Source of the DNA: Longimicrobiales bacterium
Lineage (GTDB): Bacteria; Gemmatimonadota; Gemmatimonadetes; Longimicrobiales; Gaopeijiaceae
Assembly: GCA_965226375.1 (NCBI GenBank)
Contig: CBDDCX010000008.1
Location: 1,728,001 to 1,792,000, forward strand
DNA: 64,000 bases
Direction: 5' to 3'
In this document: positions 41,836-52,153 of the stretch, piece by piece
Layout: each line of letters starts with the position of its first letter
Numbering within the stretch: the stretch's first letter is position 1
Notes under the pieces: generated by a model
Told to the model about the DNA's origin: nothing
The model's input: the letters and a program-made list of their open reading frames with translations, nothing else
Database searches by the model: none
Made by a program: the position numbers and the translations under genes

Positions 41836-43295
41836 CCGCAAAGCCACTGCCCGTCGTCGGTCGGCCACAGGACATCCTTACGACAGACCTCGATGCACGA
41901 CCCCGTGAGGAGTGCGGGGTGGTGGGCATCAGCGGGGTGGATGATGCCGCGGAACTCGCATTCCTGGCGCTCTACGCTCTCCAGCACCGCGGGCAGGAGT
42001 CCGCGGGCATCTACGCCATCTCCAACGGCGAGGCCCGAGTCTACAAAGAGGTTGGGCTAGTGGGGGACGTGTTCAATGCCGAAGCGCTCATCAAGCTGCC
42101 CGGTAGTACCGCCCTCGGACACGTCCGCTACTCCACCGCCGGGGGCAGTAATGCGCTGAACGCTCAGCCCATCGTGGTCCGGTACGCCGAGGGCGACCTC
42201 GGAGTCGCCCACAACGGCAACCTGACCAACGCTCACGACCTGAAGAAACGTCTGGTCAGCGAGGGCGCCATCTTCCAGACTACGTCGGACTCCGAAGTCA
42301 TCGTCCACCTCATCGCACGCTCACGACACGACACGATCGATGCCCAGGTGGACGACGCGCTCAGCCACCTCGAGGGCGCCTTCTCGCTGGCGATCACCGT
42401 GGGCGAGACCCTCTACGCAATCCGGGACCCCAGGGGCTACCGCCCGTTGGTGCTGGGCAAACTGGACGGCGGGCACGTGGTCACCAGCGAAACATGCGCA
42501 CTGGACATCCTCGGGGCCGAGTACGTGAGAGACATCGAACCGGGAGAGGTACTCAAGATCGAGGGCGGGTCGGTCCAGAGTCTGCGCAGCCTTTCGCCGG
42601 CCCAGGAACAGGCTCCCTGCATCTTCGAGCTCGTCTATTTCGCGCGCCCGGACTCGCGTCTTTGGACCATATCGGTGGATGGCGCACGACGTGGCTTCGG
42701 GCGCCGCCTCGCCGCGGAGCACCCCGTCGAGGCCGATGCGGTCATCGCCGTACCCGACAGTGCGAATTCGGCGGCTCTGGGCTACAGCGAAGCCAGTGGC
42801 ATCCCCTATGAGCTGGGCCTTCTCCGGAACCACTACGTGGGCCGTACCTTCATCAAGCCGTCGCAGGCGGACCGCGACTTCGGTGCTCGCATGAAGTACA
42901 ACCCCGTCCGTGAGGTTCTCGAGGGCAAACGAGTGATCGTGGTGGACGACTCCCTGGTAAGGGGCACGACGAGCAAGAGCCTGGTCAAGTTCATCCGCCA
43001 GGCCGGAGCCAAGGAGGTGCACCTCCGCATCGCCAGCCCCCCCGTGCGCTTCCCGTGCTTCTACGGAATCGACATGCCCAGCAGCGAGGAGTTGATCGGC
43101 TCACAGATGGAGCCGCCCGAGATCGCCAAGACCCTCGGGGTAGACTCTCTGGGCTATCTGTCTCTGGACGGCATGCTCTCGGTCGTGTCCGACCACGGAT
43201 CGTTTTGCAACGCCTGTTTTTCCGGCGAATACGCCGCACCGCTGGTCGACGTGGACAGGGGGTATGTTCCGGGGAACCACCCGATCAACTGCTAG
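41832..43295 (+). CDS. purF: Amidophosphoribosyltransferase
   Basis: [42 protein letters not shown] motifs. Confidence 0.97.
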   Translation: MTAKPLPVVGRPQDILTTDLDARPREECGVVGISGVDDAAELAFLALYALQHRGQESAGIYAISNGEARVYKEVGLVGDVFNAEALIKLPGSTALGHVRYSTAGGSNALNAQPIVVRYAEGDLGVAHNGNLTNAHDLKKRLVSEGAIFQTTSDSEVIVHLIARSRHDTIDAQVDDALSHLEGAFSLAITVGETLYAIRDPRGYRPLVLGKLDGGHVVTSETCALDILGAEYVRDIEPGEVLKIEGGSVQSLRSLSPAQEQAPCIFELVYFARPDSRLWTISVDGARRGFGRRLAAEHPVEADAVIAVPDSANSAALGYSEASGIPYELGLLRNHYVGRTFIKPSQADRDFGARMKYNPVREVLEGKRVIVVDDSLVRGTTSKSLVKFIRQAGAKEVHLRIASPPVRFPCFYGIDMPSSEELIGSQMEPPEIAKTLGVDSLGYLSLDGMLSVVSDHGSFCNACFSGEYAAPLVDVDRGYVPGNHPINC

Positions 43296-43331
43296 TGACC
43301 TCTCAACGATGATCACTACACCACCAGCGTC

Positions 43332-44375
43332 GTGCCGGTGAACGTCACTCGAGAGATGCTGGAGCGGCTTCCGAAGACCGAGCTCCACGTTCACCTCGAC
43401 GGTAGCCTCCGTCCAGAGACGCTGATCGAACTGGCCGAACAGTACGAGAAGCCCCTACCGAGCACCGAACCTGCCATTTTGGCAGATAATATGCGGGCCG
43501 GAGATACCCGGAATCTCGAGGAGTACCTGGCCAGGTTCGAAATCACCCTGTCGGTCATGCAACACGCCGACGCGCTAGAGCGTGTCGCCTTCGAACTGGC
43601 TGAGGACAACGCCCGAGAGAACGTGCGGTATGTAGAGGTCCGCTACTCACCGATCCTGCACACTCGGGAAGGGCTACCGCTCACCGAGACCGTAGAAGCC
43701 CCCGTCCGTGGGCTCGCTCGGGCAGAGGAGCAGTACGGCATCAAGACCGGCCTGATCATCTGCGGCATCCGGAACATGGAGGCTGATACGTCCCGGGACC
43801 TGGCGGACCTCACCGTGGCGTTCAAGGGCCGTGGGGTCGTCGCTTTCGACCTGGCCGGGGCCGAGTACAACTACCCGGCCAAGAAGCACCGGGACGCCTT
43901 CTTCACCGTGATCAACCGGAACATGGCCACCACCATCCACGCCGGTGAGGCCTACGGTCCCGAGTCCATCCACCAGGCGCTGCACTACTGCCGAGCCAAC
44001 CGCATCGGCCATGGGACGCGCCTTTACGAGGATCCCGATCTGATGCAGTTCGTGAACGACTTCAGGGTGCCGCTGGAGATCTGTCTGACGTCGAACGTGC
44101 AGACCAGGGCCGTGGCCTCGTACGCGGACCATCCCCTACGCCAATACTACGACGCCGGGTTGGTGGTGACGCTGAATACGGACAACCGGTTGATGTCGGG
44201 GACTACCGTGACGGACGAGTACTGGAAGGCACACAAGCATCTCGGGTTTACGTGGGAGGAGCTCAAGCGGGTGGCGCGTATGGGGTTCGAGTCGGCGTTT
44301 CTGCATCGGGGGGAGAAGGACGAGCTGATGGCCAGTATGGACGAGGCGGCTAGAAACATCTCGGCGTTGGAATAG
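43332..44375 (+). CDS. add: Adenosine deaminase
   Basis: LPKTELHVHLDGS, HAGE, RIGHG, CLTSN, NTDN motifs. Confidence 0.93.
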   Translation: MPVNVTREMLERLPKTELHVHLDGSLRPETLIELAEQYEKPLPSTEPAILADNMRAGDTRNLEEYLARFEITLSVMQHADALERVAFELAEDNARENVRYVEVRYSPILHTREGLPLTETVEAPVRGLARAEEQYGIKTGLIICGIRNMEADTSRDLADLTVAFKGRGVVAFDLAGAEYNYPAKKHRDAFFTVINRNMATTIHAGEAYGPESIHQALHYCRANRIGHGTRLYEDPDLMQFVNDFRVPLEICLTSNVQTRAVASYADHPLRQYYDAGLVVTLNTDNRLMSGTTVTDEYWKAHKHLGFTWEELKRVARMGFESAFLHRGEKDELMASMDEAARNISALE

Positions 44376-44401
44376 GCATAGGGCGACGAGGGCCGGTGAA
44401 A

Positions 44402-47400
44402 TCAGACCCCGTCGACCACGTCGAGAACGAGGTCGGCCAACTGTAAGCCTTCACCGTCGGCATTCACTCCGATCGCGAAGACCGTAAGAGCGCCCACGCC
44501 GGGAGCAAATCCCGTGACATCCGACGCCTCGAGGGTGTGCTCCCAGGCATACGTCCGGACAAAGCCGTCGTCGGTCAACGCTCCCGAGTTGGCGGAGATG
44601 TCCCCGATAAGGACGTTCTCCGCAGTAACCGGGTGGACCAGGTAGAAGTAGATACGGCCGTTCAGGAACGGGTTGGCGAACGTGCCCGACGCCCCGGTCA
44701 CTTCGGCTTCCACGTCCAAGGACCTCTCGGCCCCCAGGTCGTCCACGCAGTCCTCAGTGTCGGGGTCGCCCTCACCATTACAGATCTCCGTGTTGGCGAC
44801 GGGAACCGTGAACAACCAACCCGGTGCAGCGATACCCGCACCCGCGTAGCCGACCACGCCGGCACCACCGTTGATCGTCCCGGCGTTGATATTGTTCGAG
44901 ACTGCGGGCGAAACGTTGCCGGCCATGTCTTCGGCGATGGTACGGACGTTCGTCATGAGAACCATGCCCCCCGCCGGGCAGGTCGGCACCGGTGACCTGC
45001 TCCAGACCCGCGACCAAGTTGATCGTCGTGGACGGGCTGGCCGTAGTCGTCATCGAACCGTCGAAAGCGACACCGTCTCCGATCGGGACAACGGGCCCGA
45101 ACGACAACCAGTCACCCGAGTTGCCATAATCGAACGTGAAGTTCGTGGACAAGAGATCCAGGTTGTCACTCACCGCTCCGCTGAAGGTGGCCGAAGAACC
45201 ACCCGTGAGTGCCGCCGAAGAAGAGACGTTGGCCGTGATCTCCGGATCCGTGACATCCTGCAGGAGCGACACAACGGTCTCTGTCGTTATTCCGCCCGCC
45301 TGGTTCACCACCTTGCCGCCGAACGTGTAGTAGCCGTCCGCCGGACCGGTCCCACCATCCGGGATACAGTTGCTCACACCTGCCGGCGCGGGGGTCGAGA
45401 CTCCGCAGGCCGGAATCGCCATAGGAACGTTGATCGCCCCACCGCCCGAGGAGGCTCCTATCACGAAGGAGCCCGGGTCAATCTTCATCCACACACTCAG
45501 AGGCGTAGCCGAGACGCCGGACACGTCCTCTGCCGCCGAAAAGGTGATCCCCACTCCAGAAGCACCGGACGCGGCGTTATAGATGGTCTGGTCCTCGACA
45601 CCGGTCACCTCAACATCCGTGGGCGGCGTGTCGTCGACGCCGAAGGTGTTGGCCGGATGACCCCCGCCTCCGCCAGCTGCAAGGGCAACGTAGCTCACGT
45701 TGCCGAGGTCGTCCGTGAGGCCTGCCTGAACGTGGTTTTCATTATTCGACAGCCCCATGAAGAGACCGGCGGCGGCCGGAGTCGCGGCGCTCGGAAGCGC
45801 AATGAGATCGGGGTCGCCCAGGACGCCCGGAGTACCCACCGTAGACTCGGCAAAGTGGGCCGTGATAGACGACCCACCGACCCCGGCGACCCCGGCCCCG
45901 GCACTCGGAACCGCGTCATCGTCGTCTTCCGTCGTCCCCAGCGCCGTACCGAACGCGAACGTCGATTTCACCCAACCGACATTGCAGCACAGCGTAGTCG
46001 CGTTTGCTACAGCGCTCGGCAAAATAAACGTGCCGGCGACGCTCAACGTCGGACCGACATTGTCGACCAGAACGGCGAGGGGAGGAGCGACCCCGTCGAT
46101 GGTCGTCAACCCAAGGAAGGGATCACCGTTGCTGTACAGCACGGCACCTAGGGTCACCTCGTCCCCGCCACCCGGCGCGGACTGATACCCGCAGAGAGGG
46201 TCGGCAGCGTCTGCGCAAGGATTCCATGACGTGCCCTGATTGCCCTCGAACACGAAGTTCCATGGTGCCGCCAAGTCCGTCAGCGTGGTCGTTCCGACAC
46301 CGGAGAACGGGGCTGGGGGTGCGCCGTTGTTGGTCGTCAGCGTCGCCACCACCGAGCCCAACGTCCGACCGGAATACAGAACCGGCTCTACGTCCAGGAT
46401 CAAGCTTCCGCCCCTCCACAACACGGAGGATGAGGTGACGGCGCTGGTCGTGGAAGACAACGTGCCGACTAACGCGTCTGCATTCATGAACGTCAGGCCC
46501 CGGTCCTGGCTGGCCGTTACGATGCTCGTGCCACCGCCCCCGTCGGTGCTGGTGATCCGGGCTGAGACGACGTGCTCGCCGGTCTGGAACGTCGGCGTGC
46601 TGTTGCCCCGAGCACACACAGTTCCGGGAGCCGGCCCACAGGCGGCCGTGCTGATCTGGATGGTAACCCGGCGAACCGCTCCCTCAGGCCCATCCTCTCG
46701 GGGTGCACCGGTGGCAAATGACTGTTCGCCCACCACGACTCCGTCGAGGAGCACCGCGGCTTCGGTGATCGTCTCCGTACCCTCGTCGACGGTTAGGTTC
46801 ACGTCGATGGCTCCCACTACCACCGCCGGCACGACCGTCGCCCCGGCGGTACCACTGACCGTGATCGACGAGATCGTGACCGTCGCGGCCGTGGTGACCT
46901 CTTCGACCGTACCGACGAAGCTCACGCTCGCGGTCTGGCCCGCGGCCACCGTCACATCCGTAATTCGACACCCGTGACGGTCACCGTTGCCACAATTCCA
47001 GCGCCAGTTCCGGAGGTGACGGTGCCCCGGATGCTCGACGTACGGATATAGGCGCCGCCGAAGTCGGCTGAGACGGCCTGGCCACTTGTCGAGATGGTCG
47101 CCACCGTCGAGGTGGAAGGAAAGATCACGTCGGCGGGGGCACCGCTGATCCGTACTCCGTACGTCGCTACGGGAGCGCTGGAAAACGAGTACGTACCATC
47201 TCCCCCGGTCGTTGTCGACCGCGAGACGACTCCCAGGAGGTCCACGGTCACGCCAGCCAGGCCCGTGCCCTCGACAGTTACCGTACCGTGCACCGATCCG
47301 ACGATATCCGACGGCGAGACGACCCCCTCACCATCGCCGTCCCCCCCCACGGACGCATCCGGCACTGGAAAGCGCAGCAAACCACACGAGACCTATAACG

Positions 47401-47414
47401 CACCGCTGTCTCAT
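44402..47414 (-). pseudogene. Large (~1000 aa) Gly/Thr/Val-rich beta-repeat surface lipoprotein, split by three frameshifts (real or sequencing error)
   Basis: ATG at 47414 gives MRQRCVIGLVWFAALSSAGC (lipobox). The frame changes at the G8 tract (47341-47348), near 46960, and at the G6 tract (44967-44972), joining ORFs 46952..47380, 44778..46955 and 44402..44989. Carboxypeptidase-regulatory/Ig-like segments. Confidence 0.75.
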
Positions 47415-47699
47415 CGATCCCTCGTCTCTCCGTTTGGCAGCTTGGCCGGCCTCCCAGACGCCCACAGCCACAACACTGTCCCCGCCATTTGCGAAACGCA
47501 AGAGCTTGGTAAGGGGCGCGGCGGGGCTGTCCACCCGGAGCCCACAGCGATATCGCGGGGTCGACTCACGCATGCAATTACCTGAGACGTGTGGCTGGCA
47601 GCCCTGCAATCGGGATAGGGGAGGACCGGCGATCCCGGTCCTTCCCCTCCCACACCACCAGGCATGCGGGTCCGCACCTGGCGGTTCGGTGAGTTGAGG

Positions 47700-48776
47700 T
47701 CAGTACGGCGTGAGCCGGGGCACACCCAGCTCGTCGAAGTACGCCCCTGGCAAGGCCGTGTGCAGGGCGTGGTGCGCGGCCACGTGCCACCAGCTTCGCG
47801 CGAACCGAGCAGCTCGCCAGGCGAGGTTCTCGCTCACACCGCGAGCCCTCAACTCCCGGTACGCTGTCCTTCCCCGTTTCCACTGGCGTAATTGCAACGT
47901 ACGCAGCCGGCGGTGGATCCATTGGTCCAGGTCTCGGAAAACCCCCGGTGTATCCGCTAAGCCGAAGTATGCCTTCCACCCCAGCACGTAGCGCCGTAGC
48001 TCTTCCGCCACCTGTTGCAGGCTCCGCCCGCCACTCCGGCTTGTAATCTGCCGGACTCGCTCCTTGAACTTCGTCAGGGCCTTCTTGCTGACCCGGCGCT
48101 TCACGACCTTCCCTGCCGCTACCCAGAAGCTGTAGCCCAGGAACTGTCGATCCCACACTCGCGCCACCGCGCTCTTTTCCTCGTTGACCTGAAGCCGAAG
48201 TTTCCCGTACAAGTGCCTCAGCGCCTGCATCACACGTTGTCCTGCCCGCCTCGACCGCACGTATACATTGCAGTCATCGGCGTACCGGACAAACGCGTGT
48301 CCGCGTAGCTCCAACTCCTTGTCCACTTCGTCCAGGAGCACGTTCGCCAGCAACGGCGACAACGGTCCGCCCTGAGGCGTCCCCATGTGCCGCTCCATCA
48401 CCACCCCGTTCGCCATGACTCCGGCTTCCAGGTAGCGACGGAGGATCCGCAGCATCGCCTTATCCTCGATCCGCTTTGCCAGCCGCCCCATCAGCACGTC
48501 GTGGTTCACCCGGTCGAAAAACTTCTCCAGGTCCACATCCACCACCCATCGTCTCCCTTCCTGGATGTATTGCTGCGCTTCGCGCACCGCATCGTGTGCT
48601 CGGCGCCCAGGCCGGAAGCCGTGGCTGTGCCGACTGAACGTCGGGTCGAACCTCGGTTGCAGCACCTGCAGGATGGCTTGTTGGATGAACCGGTCCAGCA
48701 CGGTCGGAATCCCCAACTCCCGGACCCCTCCCCCACTCTTCGGTATCTCCTGCCTTCGTACCGGCTTCGGTTGGTA
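47700..48776 (-). pseudogene. ltrA: Group II intron reverse transcriptase/maturase, C-terminal part
   Basis: YQPKPVRRQEIPK, LGIPTVLDR, DLEKFFD, GTPQGGPLSPLLAN, YADD, maturase X domain (GWKAYF); separated from its N-terminus by IS256. Confidence 0.9.
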
Positions 48777-50166
48777 GTGTCGCGATATTTGTGTAAAAGG
48801 GGGTGAGGGGTCCGGGGAGGGTGGACAGCCCGGGAAAAAGAGAGGAAGCTCCTTGTGAATGTTCATCATGACACGAACCCGGGGAGTCCGGGCCTGCGCC
48901 AGCAGGTCCGGAACCGGAAAGGAGCTTCCTCATGGAAAAGATGGTTGAAGTTGAGCGGGCCACGCAAGAAGAGTTACGGCAGGATTTGAAGTCGTTGTTT
49001 CAGGGCGCGATTCGTGTTACGCTCGAGATGGTGCTGGAGGAGGAGTTGAAAGCGATGGTCGGAGCGCGTCGTTTCGAGCGGGTCGGCAGCCGGAAGGACC
49101 ACAGGAACGGCACGTACCTCAGGCGCCTGCTCACGAGCTTGGGTCAGATCGACGTGATGGTGCCGCGCAGCCGGGAAGGCGGCTCGCCCGCCGACGTGAT
49201 GGGCCGCTACCGGCGCAGGAGTGAAGAAGTGGACGAGATGATGGTGGAGGCCTACGTGAGCGGTGTGTCGCAGCGCAAGATGGGCGACGTGACTGAAGCA
49301 CTGCTGGGTGAGCGCGTGGGACGCTCGACGGTAAGCCGGGTCGCGAAGCGGCTCGATGGGGCTGTAGAAGCGCTGCGGAGCGCACCCATCGAGGGGCCTC
49401 ACCCCTATCTGTATCTGGACGCGACGTTCCTCGATGCGCGCTGGGCCAGGAAGGTCGAGAACGTGAGCGCGCTCGTGGCCTACGCGGTGGATCCGGACGG
49501 TCACCGCCGGCTCCTGGCCATCACGCTAGGCCCTGAGGAGTCAGAGGACAGTTGGTCGGAGCTCCTCGAGCAGCTCCTGGAGCGAGGTCTCAGCGGCGTC
49601 GAACTGGTGATCGCCGACAAGCACGCGGGCCTGGCAGCTGCGGTGCGCCGCTTCCTGCCTGAGGTGCGCCGTCAGCGCTGCACCGTGCACCTGCAACGCA
49701 ACGTGCTGGCCAAGGTCCCGCATCGCCTGCGCAAGCGTGTGGCGCGCGAGGTTGCCGCCGTCTTCCGGGCCCCCGGGCTCGCTGAGGCGAAGAAGCGCCT
49801 GGCCGAGATCACGACGCGCTGGCAAGAGGAGCTCCCCGAGGCAATGAAGGTGCTCGAGCGGGGCTTCACGGCCGCCACCCAGTTCTACGCGTTCCCCGAG
49901 CCCCACTGGGCCAGGCTACGCACCACGAACAGCCTCGAGCGCCTGCACACCGAGATCAAGCGTCGGATCCGGAGCGCCGGCGCCTTCCCCGACCGAGCCA
50001 GTGCGCTCCGCCTCATCACCGCGGTTGCTCTGAAGACTACTGCGGTCTGGAGCGAACGCCGCTACCTCGATCTCACGCTTCTCGAACCCAAGGAGGTCGC
50101 CAAGGCAGCCTAACCGAAGCATCGAGGAGCTTCCTCTCACTTTTACACACAACTCGGGACTTGACC
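48773..50166 (+). mobile_element. IS256 family insertion sequence
   Basis: Imperfect 26-bp terminal inverted repeats GGTAGTGTCGCGATATTTGTGTAAAA / TTTTACACACAACTCGGGACTTGACC flank the transposase; no target-site duplication visible. Confidence 0.85.
48932..50113 (+). CDS. IS256 family transposase
   Basis: RNGTYLRRL, VPRSREG, YLDAT, IADKHAGL, QRCTVH, RTTNSLERLHTEIKRR motifs. Confidence 0.95.
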   Translation: MEKMVEVERATQEELRQDLKSLFQGAIRVTLEMVLEEELKAMVGARRFERVGSRKDHRNGTYLRRLLTSLGQIDVMVPRSREGGSPADVMGRYRRRSEEVDEMMVEAYVSGVSQRKMGDVTEALLGERVGRSTVSRVAKRLDGAVEALRSAPIEGPHPYLYLDATFLDARWARKVENVSALVAYAVDPDGHRRLLAITLGPEESEDSWSELLEQLLERGLSGVELVIADKHAGLAAAVRRFLPEVRRQRCTVHLQRNVLAKVPHRLRKRVAREVAAVFRAPGLAEAKKRLAEITTRWQEELPEAMKVLERGFTAATQFYAFPEPHWARLRTTNSLERLHTEIKRRIRSAGAFPDRASALRLITAVALKTTAVWSERRYLDLTLLEPKEVAKAA

Positions 50167-50461
50167 GTCGGATCTCCCCCCAGTGCCTGCGCAAGTACTC
50201 TGGCAGCTCCTCCACGCTCATCCCGTCGATGCCCGGACTGCCCTTATTCTGCCGCACGCGTTTCAACGCTCCTACGAGGTTGGCACGCCCGACCACCTCC
50301 TCCATCAGGAGATGCTCGCTTCCTGAGCGCTCGTCTCCATGGGCCACCGTTCCGGCTTCGCCACTCCCCTCTACCTTCGGGGCTTCACCCCTATCCTCCA
50401 GCGGGAGCTCCAGTTGCCTGGACTCCTGGCGCATGGCCTTCTCGAGATCCACGGTCGTCAC
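50167..50461 (-). pseudogene. Group II intron RT, N-terminal part (domain 0)
   Basis: LMEEVVGRANLVGALKRVRQNKGSPGIDGMSVEELPEYLRRHWGEIR; GTG at 50461 after GAGGAG (or ATG at 50434). Confidence 0.88.
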
Positions 50462-50881
50462 ACTCTCCTCTCCGTTCGGCCCTTCGTCCGACAAAGCTGG
50501 GTCCAAGCGCATCATGCACTTCGTCGGCCTACTATGGCCTCTGCTGACTTCTCGCTCCGCCGGCAGGCCCAACAGCGCAATGCCGGCGTCGCCCTTTCAG
50601 GCGTCAGGCGAGACCTCCCCGGGTAAGAACGATGACCTTCCCCGCACAATCGCCGGATCTACGCCGCTTCCCCTTGGTCGCAGGAGCTTCGCGGTCAGTG
50701 GTCCGCTCGCCCCGGTCCGCAGCGCCTCGTATCCGGTTCCTGTTCGTCGACTCACGGGTTCGTTTCACGCTTCGTTCAGCGTACGCCTCACGACGAACGC
50801 CTTGCGCTTCCCTTCGGTCCCTGCGACCAGGTTCCGGGAGGACTTTCACCTCAGTCATCGCCCATGCCGGGCCCACCACTT

Positions 50882-50917
50882 AAAAAAAGGAGCCATCCTG
50901 GACCGCGATGGCTCCCC
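50882..50917 (-). terminator. Rho-independent terminator immediately 5' of the IIC intron
   Basis: Minus strand GGAGCCATC-N9-GATGGCTCC-TTTTTTT. Confidence 0.85.
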
Positions 50918-51174
50918 TTCTCGTAGACCCAAAACTGTAACCCATCAAGGTTCAGTTTTTGTTACCTCATCAGGGTTCGGGCTCACTGTGCCGATCCGCC
51001 CACAACGTCTCACGTCCCGTAAGGGCTCTCCAAGCGCGCATGCCGGGCCCACCACTTAAAAAAAGGAGCCTCCAGACCACGATGGCTCCCCTTCTCGTAA
51101 CCCAAAACTGCTCAAGGTTCAGTTTTTGTTACCCCAGGGTTCGAACTCCTGTGCCGATCCGCCCACGGCACGTC

Positions 51175-51438
51175 TCACGTGCCGAGCTCTCCAGCGGCCA
51201 CTCCCCACCAAAGTACGGCCTGATGAAGGACAGGGTCCGCCGCGATTTCGTTCCACGGGCGTCTGAGGCGCACGGTGCCACCCTCGATCGGCCACAAGGA
51301 GAGATCCTGCGTGTCTTGATTGTAGCGAAGATGGAGGGTCGCCAAACGCGGTAGCTCGTCGACCAACTCGATTGTCTTGTCCATGGAGCCGCTGCGGGAG
51401 GCAGTCTCAAGCAATCCGTACGCCCGGTTCGCAGTCAT
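51175..51438 (-). pseudogene. Fragment of an unknown protein-coding gene
   Basis: Protein-like stretch IELVDELPRLATLHLRYNQDTQDLSLWPIEGGTVRLRRPWNEIAADP between repeat copies. Confidence 0.4.
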
Positions 51439-52153
51439 GCCGAGGCACGAGCCTAACTCCAGGCCCTTCCGCAGAACCCGAAGAAGTGTCAGGCCGCCCC
51501 AGGCGTCTCAGATAGACCTCCCCGGGTAAGAACGATGACCTTCCGTGGCCGCACAATCGCCGGATCTACGCCGCTTCCCCTTGGTCGCAGGAGCTTCGCG
51601 GTCAGTGGTCCGCTCGCCCCAGGTCCGCAGCGCCTCGTATCCGTACGTTCCTGTTCGTCCTGTGTGGTGAGGGAAGGGATGGGAGGATTGATGAAGACGG
51701 CCTCACGGGTTCGTTTCACGCTTCGTTCAGCGTGACTGCCTCACGCATCGAACGCCTTGCTCGCTTCCCTTCGGTCCCTGCGACCAGGATTCCGGGAGGA
51801 CTGTTCACCTCCAAAGTCATCGCCCATGCCGGGCCCGACCACTTAAAAAAAGGAGCCGATCCTAGACCAGCGGCTGTAGATGTCCATGGCTCCCCTTCTC
51901 GTAACCCAAAACTGTAACCCATCAAGGTTCAGTTTTTGTTACCCATCAGGGTTCGCGGCTCACTGTGCCGATCAGCGCCCACGGCACGTCTCACGTCCCG
52001 TCGAAGAGCTCTCCAAGCGCGCTCTCAACGCGGTCCCGAACTCGAGGGCCGCCAGCCAAAGCTATGCCGACCAGCGGTCCAAACCAACTTTTCCCTGCAG
52101 TACGGCCTGCGTACCTTCTCATCCAGCGGATTTCGCTCCGGAAGGACATGGGT

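Larger units (their letters stand above)
47609..50876 (-). mobile_element. Group II intron, class IIC, interrupted by IS256
   Basis: 5' end GTGGGCCCGGCATGGGCG at 50876, just after a terminator; domain V GAACCGCCAGGTGCGGACCCGCATGCCTGGTGGT (CGC triad); 3' end CCCCTATCCCGAT at 47609; RT ORF lacks an En domain. Confidence 0.9.
50863..52024. repeat. Three imperfect copies (~160-200 bp) of the intron 5' end + terminator + flank; the third is preceded by a ~330-bp copy of intron domain I
   Basis: Copies start at 50863, 51039 and 51825; 51500-51842 repeats 50598-50876 with small indels. Confidence 0.9.

Noticed and set aside
47700..50461. Retron or defence-associated RT
   Set aside because: Domain V/VI RNA, the IIC 5' end and domain 0/X motifs identify an intron RT; no VTG motif or effector gene.
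51128..51170. tRNA gene (GGGTTCGAACTCC T-loop-like)
   Set aside because: No D-arm, anticodon arm or acceptor stem can be built, and the motif is not preserved in the other two copies.
51901..51942. Integron attC site (GTAAC…GTTAC inverted repeat)
   Set aside because: Ends do not fit RYYYAAC/GTTRRRY, and there is no integron integrase or cassette array.
50863..52024. DGR template/variable repeats or a CRISPR-like array next to an RT
   Set aside because: Copies differ mostly by small indels and foreign inserts, not adenine-specific substitutions; the RT has clear group IIC intron ends and a maturase domain.
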